A DNA stretch of 63,823 nt, counting the filler, from Chiloscyllium plagiosum (Eukaryota): NCBI RefSeq assembly GCF_004010195.1. It is 4 parts of one record of this genome, joined end to end, with 100 filler letters (N's around TTAATTAATTAA, not from the genome) between each part and the next. Parts side by side here need not be neighbours in the genome. Positions count along the whole stretch, not along the records: positions 1 to 15,623 come from NC_057715.1; 3 more parts are not named here. One strand, 5' to 3'. The notes under the pieces are model-generated. The model was not told the origin of the DNA. It did no database searches and saw only the letters and a list, made by a program, of their open reading frames with translations. Of this stretch, positions 1 through 11,520 are shown piece after piece. The first letter of the stretch is position 1, and each line of letters begins with the position of its first letter. The position numbers were made by a program, and so were the translations under genes.

Positions 1-2
1 CG

Positions 3-377
3 ACCTCGATTATCGAGGTTGTCAATATGATTTTCCAAGGTCCGGACTCGCTGCTCGAGAGTCCGGACCTGATCCACGGCCGATTGAGCGGTTGTCTCCG
101 AGGTCGCGGCCTTTAGCTCCGCCCCTCCGACTCGGCGTTGAATTTCTTCAATTTCACGGTCGTGCTTCTTCAGCGCGGCCGACAACGACTCCCAACGGTT
201 CCTGGATTCGACGATAAAGGCATCAATCTTCGAGTCAAGCTTGGAAAGCATTTCTGCAAGGCTTGCTACTGTTGGTAAGTCCCCCGGGGCGGCTGTGGGC
301 GCCTCTGCTGCAGCTGGAGAGTGTGGGGGAGGGGTTCCTGCTTGCTGAGAGCCTCGGGCTCCTTTCCCTTTAGTCAT
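3..377 (-). CDS. L1 LINE ORF1, N-terminal part (open, continues beyond window start)
   Basis: Manual translation from ATG at 377 has no stop to the window edge: MTKGKGARGSQQAGTPPPHSP...KKHDREIEEIQRRV...VRTLEQRVRTLENHIDNLDNRG. This is a coiled coil ending in the DxxNRxR motif that precedes the L1 ORF1 RRM. CpG-rich. Absent from the ORF track because no stop lies in the window. Confidence 0.85.
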   Translation of the reverse strand, partial: MTKGKGARGSQQAGTPPPHSPAAAEAPTAAPGDLPTVASLAEMLSKLDSKIDAFIVESRNRWESLSAALKKHDREIEEIQRRVGGAELKAATSETTAQSAVDQVRTLEQRVRTLENHIDNLDNRG

Positions 378-540
378 TTTAACTTAGGATAAAGTTGCTT
401 AAATGTAATATTACACAACTAATTGAGTTACTAAACTGTTATAAATGATTTATAAATGATTTGGTGAGCTTGGTAGGGGGTAGGTGACCCACTGTGCCCA
501 AGTCTTGGGAGGAGCACTATAGACTCAGTCTTACTGGGTC

Positions 541-551
541 GCCGCCATCTT
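541..551 (-). promoter_or_regulatory. YY1-type motif AAGATGGCGGC at the L1 5' end (internal promoter); the second copy has AAAATGGCGGC at 1223-1233
   Basis: Matches the YY1 consensus, placed just after the 5' G-run as in the human L1 promoter. Confidence 0.65.
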
Positions 552-563
552 GGATCCCCCCCC

Positions 564-1241
564 ATTCCACTCTTACCTGGCCTGATCCAGCCTCCAGATT
601 TAACAGCTGTGGAAGCCACTGTTCGAGAAACACTGTAAGCTGGCCTTCTTCGTTCCGTTCGGAAAGGCCCAGCAAATGAATATTATTTCGACGACCTCAA
701 TTCTCGAGATCGTCAATGTGATTCTCTAAGGTCCGGACTTGCTGTTCAAGAGTCCGGACCTGACCCACGGCCGATTCTGCTATAGTCTCGGAGGTCGTGG
801 CCTTTAGCTCCGCCCCTCTGACTCGGCGATCGAGTTCCTCGATGTCTCAGTCGTGCTTTTGTAGCAGGGCCGAGAGTGAATTCCATCTGCTCTGGGACTC
901 TTCGATGAAGGTGTCGATCTTCGTGTCAAGTTTGGAGATTATTTCCACGAGGCTCGCCACCATAGGTAAGTCCCCCGGGGCGGCTGCGGATGCCATTGCT
1001 GCAGCTGAGGAGGGTGGGGAAGGGGCTCCTGCCTGCTGAGAACTGCGGGCTCCTTTCCCCCTAGTCATTTTTACAGGAGACTAGACTGTTTAAATTTAGT
1101 ACTGAGCAACTAATTACATTAAGTAAAAGTTATTTTAAATGATTTGGTAAGTGTGATAGAGGTGGGTGGCCCACTTTGCCCAAATCTTGGGAAGAGCACT
1201 ATAGACTCAGACTTGCTGAGTCGCCGCCATTTTGGATCTCC
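564..1241 (-). mobile_element. Older L1 copy: 5'UTR + disrupted ORF1, cut off at the start of the younger L1
   Basis: ORF 847..1068 (MTRGKGARSSQQAG...) is homologous to the first copy. It has CGA>TGA stops at ~847 and ~697, then continues EN*GRRNNIHLLGLSERNEEGQLTVFLEQWLPQLL (RRM start). Confidence 0.85.
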
Positions 1242-2894
1242 AAGTTTACATTCTAAATGTTTCCTTGATCCACCTCATCCACTTGTAAGTTTTCATGTCC
1301 TCTCTCATTAAAAATAGTCTTTAAAAACTAGAAGGAAAATAAATCTACTTTACATTATTATACTCAATAAATTTCCACACCATTTTATTCCTTCCTGTTC
1401 AGGTTTACATTAAGAACTTCAGAGATCATAGGCAACTTCTTCTTTTCTACCAACAGAAGTTAAACATTTAAAACATTTAATCTGAAAAGGCATAATCATT
1501 TTATGCACGCTGTCCCTGTAATCACCAGTTAAATGACGAATGTAAAATGCAGGTTAATGTTGTGCAATGACCTTTACTTCTCAGATTATACATGTAATTC
1601 ATTACAAACTCAGACTTACAGCTATTGTCTGCATCAACACTTTGAAGCTTCCCAAGGTAAACATTGCAGTATTGTTTTTTTCACCAACACCTGGATACAA
1701 TTGTAGAATAAAAGCTTGATAACAGCAAGTAACATTCTTGAAAACTGCAATGTTTTGCTAACATTTCAATGCAAATTCTTGTAAATGAACATATTCAAAT
1801 AAGAGAACAGTTATGTAGATGATAGAGGTTTACTTTTCAATTGGGACGAAATCCAGTTCCTCATGGATGACAAAAGTAGACAACTGCTTATGAGGTCTAG
1901 CTTTCAATTGACTTGGATTATCCTTCAAGTTTTTTTTAACTAATACAGATTTTATAAATCAGAACATCTAGGAGTTATTGCATTTTGGAAATCATTTCTA
2001 TTAGAATGTTCAATTAAATAACCTCCCTTTTATGAAAAAAAAATCAAATCAATGGCCCAGTTTGTTTTTCACAAGCTGAGGAGATATAATACATCTTGGC
2101 ATATAAGTCAATCATTTCTCCAGCCCAAAAAGTAATGTTTTTGCATATACTCAGCATTTGGATTAACACACCCCAGAGTTTCAGCCATGACATGGTATAT
2201 TTGCATTAGTAGCGAGCCTCAATGTTTCTCCCCACAAATGCATGTTTTACTAATTAGTGCCTTAAAACTGGATGTAATGAATCATGCAGGTTATTTTGAC
2301 TGTGTTACAATGATGCACGGGAGTTTAAGAAATGTGCATTCTTTGCACTGAATGTTAATGATATTTCCAAAGCCATTACACTCCATGTTTAAGTCAGCCC
2401 TCACTTGAAGGGATTTCCCAAGGCTTCAAAGGTCGGCTTCTGTGCCAACATCTACAGTAATTGGTTAAGTCTCAGAGATCTCTGGCTGCTGTATTCCATT
2501 TGATCACATTGAAATTGGGCACTAGATCAAGTTTTGTTGCTCCTGCTGAGGTGGGACCATGTTTGGTTGGCAATACATAAGTAAATAGTGAAAAGCTCAT
2601 GCCCAAAGCTATCCTACTGTCTTGACTGGATGAAGAATAAAATAATCTGTGAGACATGGGGAAATGATATCAGGTTGGACTTGAGGAGAAAAACATATGT
2701 TGCTTGCTTGTTTCCCCTCAGGAAATCCTTTAACCACTCATCCCTTTGGCAGTGTTCAACTGGTGAAAGGCTTTCCTTTTCAGATTGGAGTTTTGACATT
2801 GCTAAAAATATTTCTGCAAGTGGTGAAAGCTTGAAGGGCTAAATGGCCTACTCATGCACCTATGTCCTGTGTTTCTCTGGTTGTAGGGTGAAGG

Positions 2895-4150
2895 CAGGAG
2901 AATGGGGTTCAGCTTTAAATACATTTACTAAGAAAGCCTCAACCACTTCATTGGCAGGGAATTCCATAGATTCACAACCCTCTGGGTGAAGAAGTTCCTT
3001 CTCAATTCAGTCCCAAATCTGCTCCCTATAATTTTGAGGCAATCCCGTCTTGTCCTAGTTTCACCTGCCAGTGGAAATATCCTCTCTACTTCTATCTTAT
3101 CTACTCCCTTCACAATTTAAATGTCTCCATAAGCGCCCCCTCTTTCTTCTAAATTCCAATTACTACAATCCCAGGCTACTCAGCCCTTTTTACTGTTACT
3201 TCTGCCGAAATGGATAACTTCACATTTATTGATGTTGTATTCCACCTGCCAGATCTTTGCTCACTCACTTAAACTATCTATGTCCCTTTACAAAATTTCA
3301 AAGTCCTCTGCACACTTTGCTCTACCACTCATCTTAGTATCATCCATAAACTTCGACACACTACACGTGGTCCTCAACTCAAAATTATATATGTAAATTT
3401 TGAATAATTGTGGTCCCAACATTTATCCCTGAGGCACACCACTAGTCACTGATTGCCAACCCAGAAAAGCACTCATTTATTCACACTCTTTGCTTCCTAC
3501 TGGTTAACCAAACCTCTATCCATGTTATCATGTTGCATGTAACACCTTGCACTTTTATCTTATGTAGCAGACTGTTGTATGTCACCTTGACGAATGTCTT
3601 TTGGAAATCTAGATACACCACATCTACTGGGTTCCCATTGTCATCTGTGTTTACAATGTCTTCATAGTATTCTAAAAGATTAATTAAGCATGACCTGCCC
3701 TTCATGAACCCATGCTATGTCCACCCAACAAGACAATTTCTATCGAGATGCCTTGCTAGTTCTTCTAATAGACTAAAGCATTTTCTCCACTACAGAAGTT
3801 AAACTAACTGGTCCATAATTCCCCTTCTTTTGTCTACCTCCTTTTTTAAATGGTGGTGTCACATTTACTGTTTTCCAAACTGCTGGAACTGCTCCAGAGT
3901 CTGGTGAATTTTGGAAAATTCCTACAAGTGCATTTGCTATTCCTCCCTCCATTCCTTTTAGCACACTGGGATGCATTCCATCAGGGCCAGGACACTTGTC
4001 TATCCTTAGCTCCATTAGCTCACCCAACACTATCTCTTTCATGATAATAATTGTTTCCAGGTCCTTGCCTATCTTCATCTCTTTGTCAATTACTGGCATG
4101 TTATTCAGGTCCTGTACTGCAAAGACCGATAGAAAATAATTATTCAATGC
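2895..4150 (-). mobile_element. CR1 LINE ORF2 fragments (RT and C-terminus), decayed
   Basis: ORFs give KCPGPDGMHPSVLK..NVTPPFKKG..NYGPVSLTSVV, KGRSCLINLLEYY..VDVVYLDFQKTF and RNFFTQRVVNLWNSLP. Confidence 0.9.
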
Positions 4151-6170
4151 AAGGGTTCATTCTAAGGGCCAGATTAATTGTCCTTCCTCAATACACTGGG
4201 GCTGCTAGGTTGTCTATATAGAAATAATCTTTGTGTAGCACCCATTTAACCTCTGAAGAATGCAAAATGGTGTGTCACACATCATGTTAATTAGAGATGC
4301 AGGACTGCATGCTTACCTGAAGTAGGTCTTAGCTGAATTCATTATGCGAATATGATACTATCAGGTTCATTTGCCAAGTTGGATCACAGCTAGTTGCAGT
4401 CAGTTAGCATGAGAGTGCATCAGCCCAACAACAGCAAAGAGACCACTGGTGACTGCCACCAAAGGCATTTAACATGCTGACATTAAAGTTGAATCAGGAA
4501 AAGCAGAAATATACCCTGATGTAACTGCAGATGCTAGATCTGCATCCCCACTGATGGGTCTGACGCTGTCTGTGACCCTCCCTCACCCCCACCTGTGAAA
4601 TCCACATTCTGCTGGTATAAGCGAGAGCGGTGGACCATTTTCTGACCTATTCTAGTTACTGGTGTCTTTCGGTTTCTTTCGCCAGACCACATCTGAATTT
4701 GTGAGCCTTTGTGTTTCAAAAAATATGTAATTAATTGAAGCTTTTTGTGATGTTTCCAGGTGTCACTAAGAAAAGGAAGTTGTCATATTTGAAGGTTTTC
4801 CATCACAACTACTCTCACATGAACAAAATGAATGTGTCCACTATTATGTCATCAAAATATTGTTCCCACCACTGTCAAGGCATTTAAAATAATATTTCGG
4901 TGGCATTTTTCCACACAGAACTCCAAAATTTCTCTTCATTATCAAAGATGCCAAAGAAGAGCAGATTTTAGTTCTGCATTAATCGGAGTGTGCATTTTTT
5001 AACCTCTTACTGATACCTTTTATTCAGTGTCATAGTTAAATCTGTGATATACAAAGACCAATGAATGAGACCGTTTTTAAATCTTAAACACATGTACCCT
5101 CTCAATGCAGAAATAGTTTATGTACGTTCTGCTTAATTTACTTGTAATTATGTGATAATTATCATGTAATGGGTAAAGAAACACCCCATTATATTTGTAG
5201 TTTGCTACTCATTTGTGTTTGAGATGCAAACTGCTTGCATCCTGAAAGTTCTTCCTTTTCAGATGCTACTTGAGCTATTTTCAAACATGATCTCACTTTA
5301 CACCAATGACATTCAGTGTGAGCTGCTTGTAATGCAAATTACAAATAACTGCAATATAATGCCCAAACCATTTCTGTAAAAATATGAATTAAATGTAGTT
5401 TTATTAATAATACATATTTTAATTACACAGCCAGGGGTATGTCTAGCAGGAGAAATTGAATCTGTACAAGACCGTACTGCAGAATTTGAGTTGTGCTATG
5501 ATTCATTGGCAATGAATATGCCAATGCTTTGTGCCCATAAGGCAATCAGACTGCAATGCTCATATGCATGTTTAGGTATAAAATAGATGCAATTGCGTCA
5601 AGCATTAGGAGTCTAAAGGCTGATTTAATTCAATGCACAGTGGCTGAATTGATAATGACAATCCAGCCTCCATTTTAAATACTTCTAAGTCTTTGTTTTC
5701 CTTCTTTATCATCAATTTGACTTGCATTCATTATGTACCTTCATTATACAGTGCAATCTCGTAAAGGGGGATTGCCATCATGGATTTACTAGGTTGGTTT
5801 ATTGGATGGGGCTCTACAAAGATGTGACCATGTAGCCATTGATTGCTATTGATCACGATTTAGACAGTGCAAGTGGCCCTATGACACGAGTGATAATATA
5901 TTCCAGATACATAGAACTCAAAATTGGATTGGATTGCACTCGTTTTGGGTGTGAAACAGGTGCTGAAGTCACCAATACAGAGGACAGAATGCACACTCTT
6001 CAGTGTGTCAGGAGTGTGCCAATTGCTATGCTGGTTAGAATGCCCTGCAATGTCCCTGTTACAGGCATAACATCCCATATCTCATGCAAAGTATTTAAAG
6101 TTCCTTCCAAATATTGGATCAGTATTGAATGCAATGTGCACCTTGCTTGCTGCATACGTTTTGGTGAGCT

Positions 6171-6375
6171 GGCTGGCACAGTGGCTGTGGTTAGCACTGC
6201 TGCCACACTTTGGCCATGCTGAATTACCCCTAGCATCCAGGGATATGTGGGCCATTAGCCATGGGAAATATGAGGTTAAGGCAGAGGGGGTGAATCTGGA
6301 TGGGATGCTGTTTTGAAGGTTGGTGTGGACTTGATGGGCCAAATGGCCTGCTTCTACATTGTAGGGATTCTATGA
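6171..6375 (+). mobile_element. HE1-type V-SINE, internally deleted
   Basis: Head GGCACAGTGGCT..GTGGTTAGCACTGCTGCC joined to the tail GGTGTGGACTTGATGGGCCAAATGGCCTG..CTGTAGGGATTCTATGA. Confidence 0.75.
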
Positions 6376-7780
6376 ACTGTAGCCAAAAGGGATCCTTGAT
6401 TTGAACCCTCGAGGCTTCTGTCAAGTGAAGTGAAATGTTATTATGTTTCCTTGAATGTGAAGTCAGCAGAAAGCATGTTCAACTGGCAGGCCACAATCAG
6501 CCACCACTTGTCCTGTCCCTCCTATTGACTCCTCCCCTAAACTCTGGTGTTGGTGACCTCTCAGGATAATTACACCCAGCCCCCACATCAGCACAAGCAC
6601 CCGACTGCCTCTTGAGGCAAGATTGAGCTCCTCTGCCATGTCAAGTGCATTGATGACAGAATAGGCCAATGTGCTCAGTGGTTTCAGCAAGGCATCAGTT
6701 GCTGGTTAGCGTTAATATATTTCTTGGATCTAAATGGATTTCTCACATATCGTGAAATAATTTTGTTATTCGCATGCTATGCAATCAACCCCATTTATTA
6801 TATCTAACACGGCATTAGGTTTCCTGTAGTACTTCTGCAACACATTACCAATGCTTGTGCCGACAAAATATTTAATGTTTTGGTTGATGTGTGTACACCT
6901 CATATTTATTATACTTTTGGGGACACTCATAGCCCCAAACTACCCAAGGCAGTAGGTGAGTAGGAGGGGTTGATGTAAAGCCATGATGTTCATTCACACA
7001 TCTGTACTTAGTCTTTTTAGTTAACATTTTATCTTTACTGATTTCGAAGGCAGCTGTAGACAAGCAAGGCCTAATGTAAAAATTAAGGTGATTTTATGAA
7101 GACTGAAGGGAGACCCACCTGGTGTCAGAGAAGCTACATTTTCAATTATACAGAGAAGCAATAACCTCTCCTATTCTGTTTGTCGCTCTCACACTGGATC
7201 TGTCTGGAAATGTCTTTCAGCACAACTCTCAAGAAAGGGCCATTCTCATAGATGCAGGATGCAGCTGGGCTCTGCCTCAATATCCATTCCTGGCTACAGC
7301 CTCGTCATGCATCTGGCCAGGTTTGGACTTGACTCTGGACAAATTTTCACACATGTGCTCCAAACAATATGGTCAAGCTTCCACATCCTTAGACTCACCA
7401 GGTATTAGTGTCACCCACTGTGAGGCTCATACACATTGTTAGCACACTTCACTACCTACTTATTAAATCAGGGACCTACTTCCAGTTGTCATGTTTTCGC
7501 CTTCATAGTTTCACGATAAACCATTGTTTATTGGTGCACAGTTTAATCGCAGGAAAATGAACAAAGCAATTAAAATCTTATCCAAGCTCTGCTTCTAGGT
7601 TATGAACTATCTTTTCCCTCACAAAATCTTTTAATCTCTTTATAGCAACATTCAACCAGCAAGTGAACCTAGCGATGGAATGAACTGATCTTGCCGAAGT
7701 AGCAAATTTCACTATCTCAATGGATTCCAATAGGTATCAGCTGAGGTTCTGCTGAAAATTGATTAGAGATAACCAAACTG

Positions 7781-8388
7781 TAGGGGAGGTGACAGCTTAG
7801 TGGTATTATTGCTGGTTGGTTAACCCAGTTAGTGTTTCGGGTTCAAATCCCGCCACAGCAGATGATGGGATTTGAATTTAATATAGAAATCTGGAAGTCT
7901 AAGGGTGACAATGAATCCATTGCCAATCAGGGAAAAGCCCATCTCGTTCACCAATCTCTTTTGGGGAGGGAAACAGCTATCCTTACCTGGTCTGGCCTAC
8001 TTGTGTCTCCAGACCCACAACAATATAGTTGACACTTAACTGCCCTCTGGGCAATTAGGGGAGAAAGTGAGGTCTGCAGATGCTGGAGATCAGAGCTGAA
8101 AATGTGTTGCTGGAAAAGCGCAGCAGGTCAGGCAGCATCCTCAGGAAGGGCTTATGCCCGAAACGTTGATTCTCCTGTTCCCTGGATGCTGCCTGACCTG
8201 CTGCGCTTTTCCAGCAACACATTTTCAGCTCTGGGCAATTAGGGTCAATAGATGTGAGGCTGGAAAACACAGCAGGTCAGACAGCATCAGCCTGAAACAT
8301 TAATGATACTCCTTCCTCTGAGCAATTAGGGATTGGCAACAAATACTGGCCTAGCCTGTGATGCCACATCCCATGAATGAATTTTTAA
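7781..8388 (+). mobile_element. tRNA-derived SINE (non-HE1 family) interrupted by two Penelope pLTR insertions
   Basis: B box GGTTCAAATCCC at ~7840. The 3' tail GCAATTAGGGATTGGCAACAAATACTGGCC..CACATCCCATGAATGAAT is shared with the LINE at 58935-59667. Confidence 0.7.
8061..8228. mobile_element. Penelope family B fold-back pLTR insertion
   Basis: Inverted arms around ~8142. TSD CTCTGGGCAATTAGGG at 8045-8060 and 8229-8244. Confidence 0.85.
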
Positions 8389-9570
8389 ATATCAGGCACA
8401 TTCAAGAGATAGAAATGTCTGACCCTGCTATTAAAAACTATGCAGAAACGTCTATGTCTTTTAAAGAAACATGAAGTAATTGGACCCAGCCTCTGTATAT
8501 ATTTGCCTCCACCCTGCCTTTTGTATCAATTCTGTCAGTTTGCTGCTGGCTGCTAAGTAAATTGAGTCAGATAGCAGCTGCTACTGCTCTGTCTGTTGTC
8601 TGATTGGGCAGCATTGAGGAAAACAGAAGTACAATGACTCCTTTTCCTTTGCCCTGTTTGGATGTTTAGCAGGTAAAGCACAGCCAAGTCCTTATTTGGG
8701 CTTCAGCATATCTTAATGTGGTGTGCTTTGGTCTGTAACATGACCAACAGTACCTTGCCACAGGAAACAGAGGCTGTAATTATCAAGTAACTGCAGGATG
8801 TTTACCAGCCTCAGGCTCAGTGGCTGCAAATTGACTAAAGATTCTAAGGGTCTCTGCAATAAAAAGTAGGACACTCAATGTTTTGGGCCTTCAATTAGCT
8901 TATGGTCTTAGAGCTCAAAAAGGTTCCCCTACAGTTAAAGCCTCCAACCGCTCCTTTGACTCAGGATGTCCTTTCATGGCAATGAAAGGAACTAGAGACA
9001 AGGTGAGAATTAAAGTTAGGCCTATGCAAACTGCCCAGTTCCACCATGCTCAGAGCAGGTTTAATGGTTAGGCTAAATCAACCATGACAGAGGGGCCCAA
9101 CCCAACAATTGTATACAGCCCACAATAAAAGTACCACCCATGAGAAACATCTACCCACCTCAGTTTCCTAGCAATGCTTTACCTACTCCTATTGCAGTGA
9201 AGTCACAGGCAACTTTTAAGTGCCACATCAAAGTTTCTCAGCCTCATAAAGTGACAGCACTCTCATAGTACAGTTCTCCATCTCTATTTCTCTGACCTTT
9301 GTACCTTGAAAATACATTTGCTTGATGCTGAAACAAGAAATATCATTTTTGTGTTCCTGGTTTGGAATTATTCAAAGAGGTTATGTCTTTATAAAAACTT
9401 CAAAAATAAGCGAATGAGCAGGCATTTCAGCCTTCTGAGCCCACTTTTGCATGCATTCATGACTGATCTTCCATTGCACCAGCATTTTCCTGCACCATCT
9501 CCGTATCTCTTAGTTTCTTAACAGACATACCAAACTCTGGCATTGGGCACACAACACAGCTTCTGGAATA

Positions 9571-10209
9571 TGTGGTGATGCTGCTTTTTTAACAAGTCTA
9601 TGTTGCCCATAGGTTTATTTTCAGAAAGGTTGTAAAAGAAAAAGATTCTGCAAAGTCTAAATTTGAAGGGTTTTAGGACCAGTTTGTTTACAGCGAACAC
9701 ATACTGCTTCAGGAAAAAGGTTTTCAAGTTTAAAAAAAACACGTGTATAGTGAAAGGGGACTGACCAGTTCTCCCAGCTCAGCTTTCTCTGGTTTGGGTT
9801 TGTCTGGATATTCACTGAAAGCAGTCAAGCAGTTGTGAAGCTGCAACACTCAAAGAAGCAGGTCCACGCTGAACCTCTCTCTCTCTGACTTCTCTCTTGT
9901 AAAACCCTGTGTTTTACCTTTTGTGCCAAGGGGTGTTTATTGAGATTAGTGCAAGTATTGGGAGCAGCGTCATTAAATTGGGATAATCTGTTTCGGATAG
10001 ATTAAGTTATTCTGTATTCTGTTCCTGTTTGCTTATGTTTCATTCAGTAATCTTGTAAGTAAATTCTGTTTTGTTTAAAACTAAGTGGTTTGACCAGCTG
10101 CATCCCTCCTGGAATAATCCACTGTACACCTGCTTAAAATAACTAGCAAAGTTAGAGTCTGGGCTACTTTCTTTAAAGGTTTTGAGAGGGTCCTGCCTGG
10201 TCCATGACA
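9571..10209 (+). mobile_element. Possible solo LTR
   Basis: TG...CA ends, ~640 bp, AGTAAA polyA-like signal at ~10040 and LTR-like composition. No convincing TSD. Confidence 0.35.
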
Positions 10210-10989
10210 ATAATTCCCTTGACAGCAGAGAACAGTGTCTAACCCCTGAGTATATTATTATTGCACCACTATTGTATTTTTAACTGTCCCTACTGTGCAC
10301 TTGATAAGATCTCAACTCATAGTCAGGTGTCTCTCAGGCTGATCATTTTTGTAGAACCAAGCACAAAATATCCAAAAAGGGAGCATTCATCATATTTGAT
10401 ATTACTGTTTTCTGTTGTTTTATATTACCAAAATCACAACCTCATCAATGTGCTTTTTATAGTAAGGGAGCTTTTGACATACGTGTATTAGCTGTTGACC
10501 CAAAATCCAGTTTCCCATAGAGTTTGGATAAATCATTATCAGAGCTCCCCTGATATGCATGAACATACATAATGGGCTTCACTCATTCTCTCTCCTTAAA
10601 GAATTTCAGGTATTTTAAATTTTTGTTCCACCAAACCTGTGGTCAAGAAGTCTCAACCACAAAGATATTTAAAGATATCATCATGAGTGATACACTCCAG
10701 ACGATAAATTTAATATCCAGGTAATGACGCCATAGGTAGTTCTTCCGCGGCTTGGTAGACAGTTTCAGCTATGGTTTTTTTTAGATATTCTTCTATACAT
10801 TCCTCTTGAGCTTGGCTACTTACCAGTCAGGTGACTTTAGAAGCCATTTTAAAATGTCTCATTTCACTTTCTACCAATTTTCTCAAACCAGAGCTCCAGG
10901 CTTTTAAGTCAATCAATGAGATTTAAAGATCAATAGCCTGTATTTTATATTATCATGACACATTGGATTGGGTATTGGGTGTGACCATG

Positions 10990-11520
10990 TCAAGAGTACT
11001 GTGTAGAGCTTTGGGCTCCATATATGAGAAAGGACATTATTGGATTAGAAGAAATTCAGAGAAAGTTCATTCAATGATTCCTGAGATAAAGGGTTGAACC
11101 CATGAGGAAGGGTTTGACAAGTTAGGCTTGCATTGGAACTTAGAATGAGAGCTGATCTTATTGAAATATAAAAGATCATAAGAGGGCATGAAGAGTAGAT
11201 GCTAAAAGGATATTTTCCCTTGTAGGAGAGACTAGAAATCAGTGACACAATTTAAAAACATTGAGTCTCCCATTTAAGGAAGAAATACTTTATTTATTTC
11301 TCTAAAAAGGTTGTTAATCTGTGGAACTCTCTTTCCCAGAGAGTTGTATAAGCAGGCTGGTAAAATATTTTTATGACAGAGTTAGGTAGATTCTTAACTC
11401 ATGAGGAAGCCAAAGGGTACTGGGGACAGTCAGGTATGTTAGGCCACAATCAAATCAGTTATGATCTTATAAACTGACTGAGCAGGTTCAAGGGGCTGTA
11501 TAGCTTAATCATGTTCTCAA
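10990..11520 (+). mobile_element. Old CR1 3' fragment
   Basis: Degenerate EYCVxxWAP..RKD, GATCTTATTGAAATATAAAAGATC and GTTAATCTGTGGAACTCTCT (VNLWNSL), followed by a CR1-like 3'UTR. Confidence 0.75.

Larger units (their letters stand above)
1..563 (-). mobile_element. Young L1 retrotransposon, 5' end (5'UTR + ORF1 start)
   Basis: Begins with a G-run then GATCCAAGATGGCGGCG, followed by a ~185-nt UTR and the open ORF1. Similar to the second copy at 564-1241. Confidence 0.85.

Noticed and set aside
4300..4500. Minus-strand CAG|GTAAG donor suggesting an exon
   Set aside because: The upstream sequence has many stops and no clear acceptor or protein similarity.
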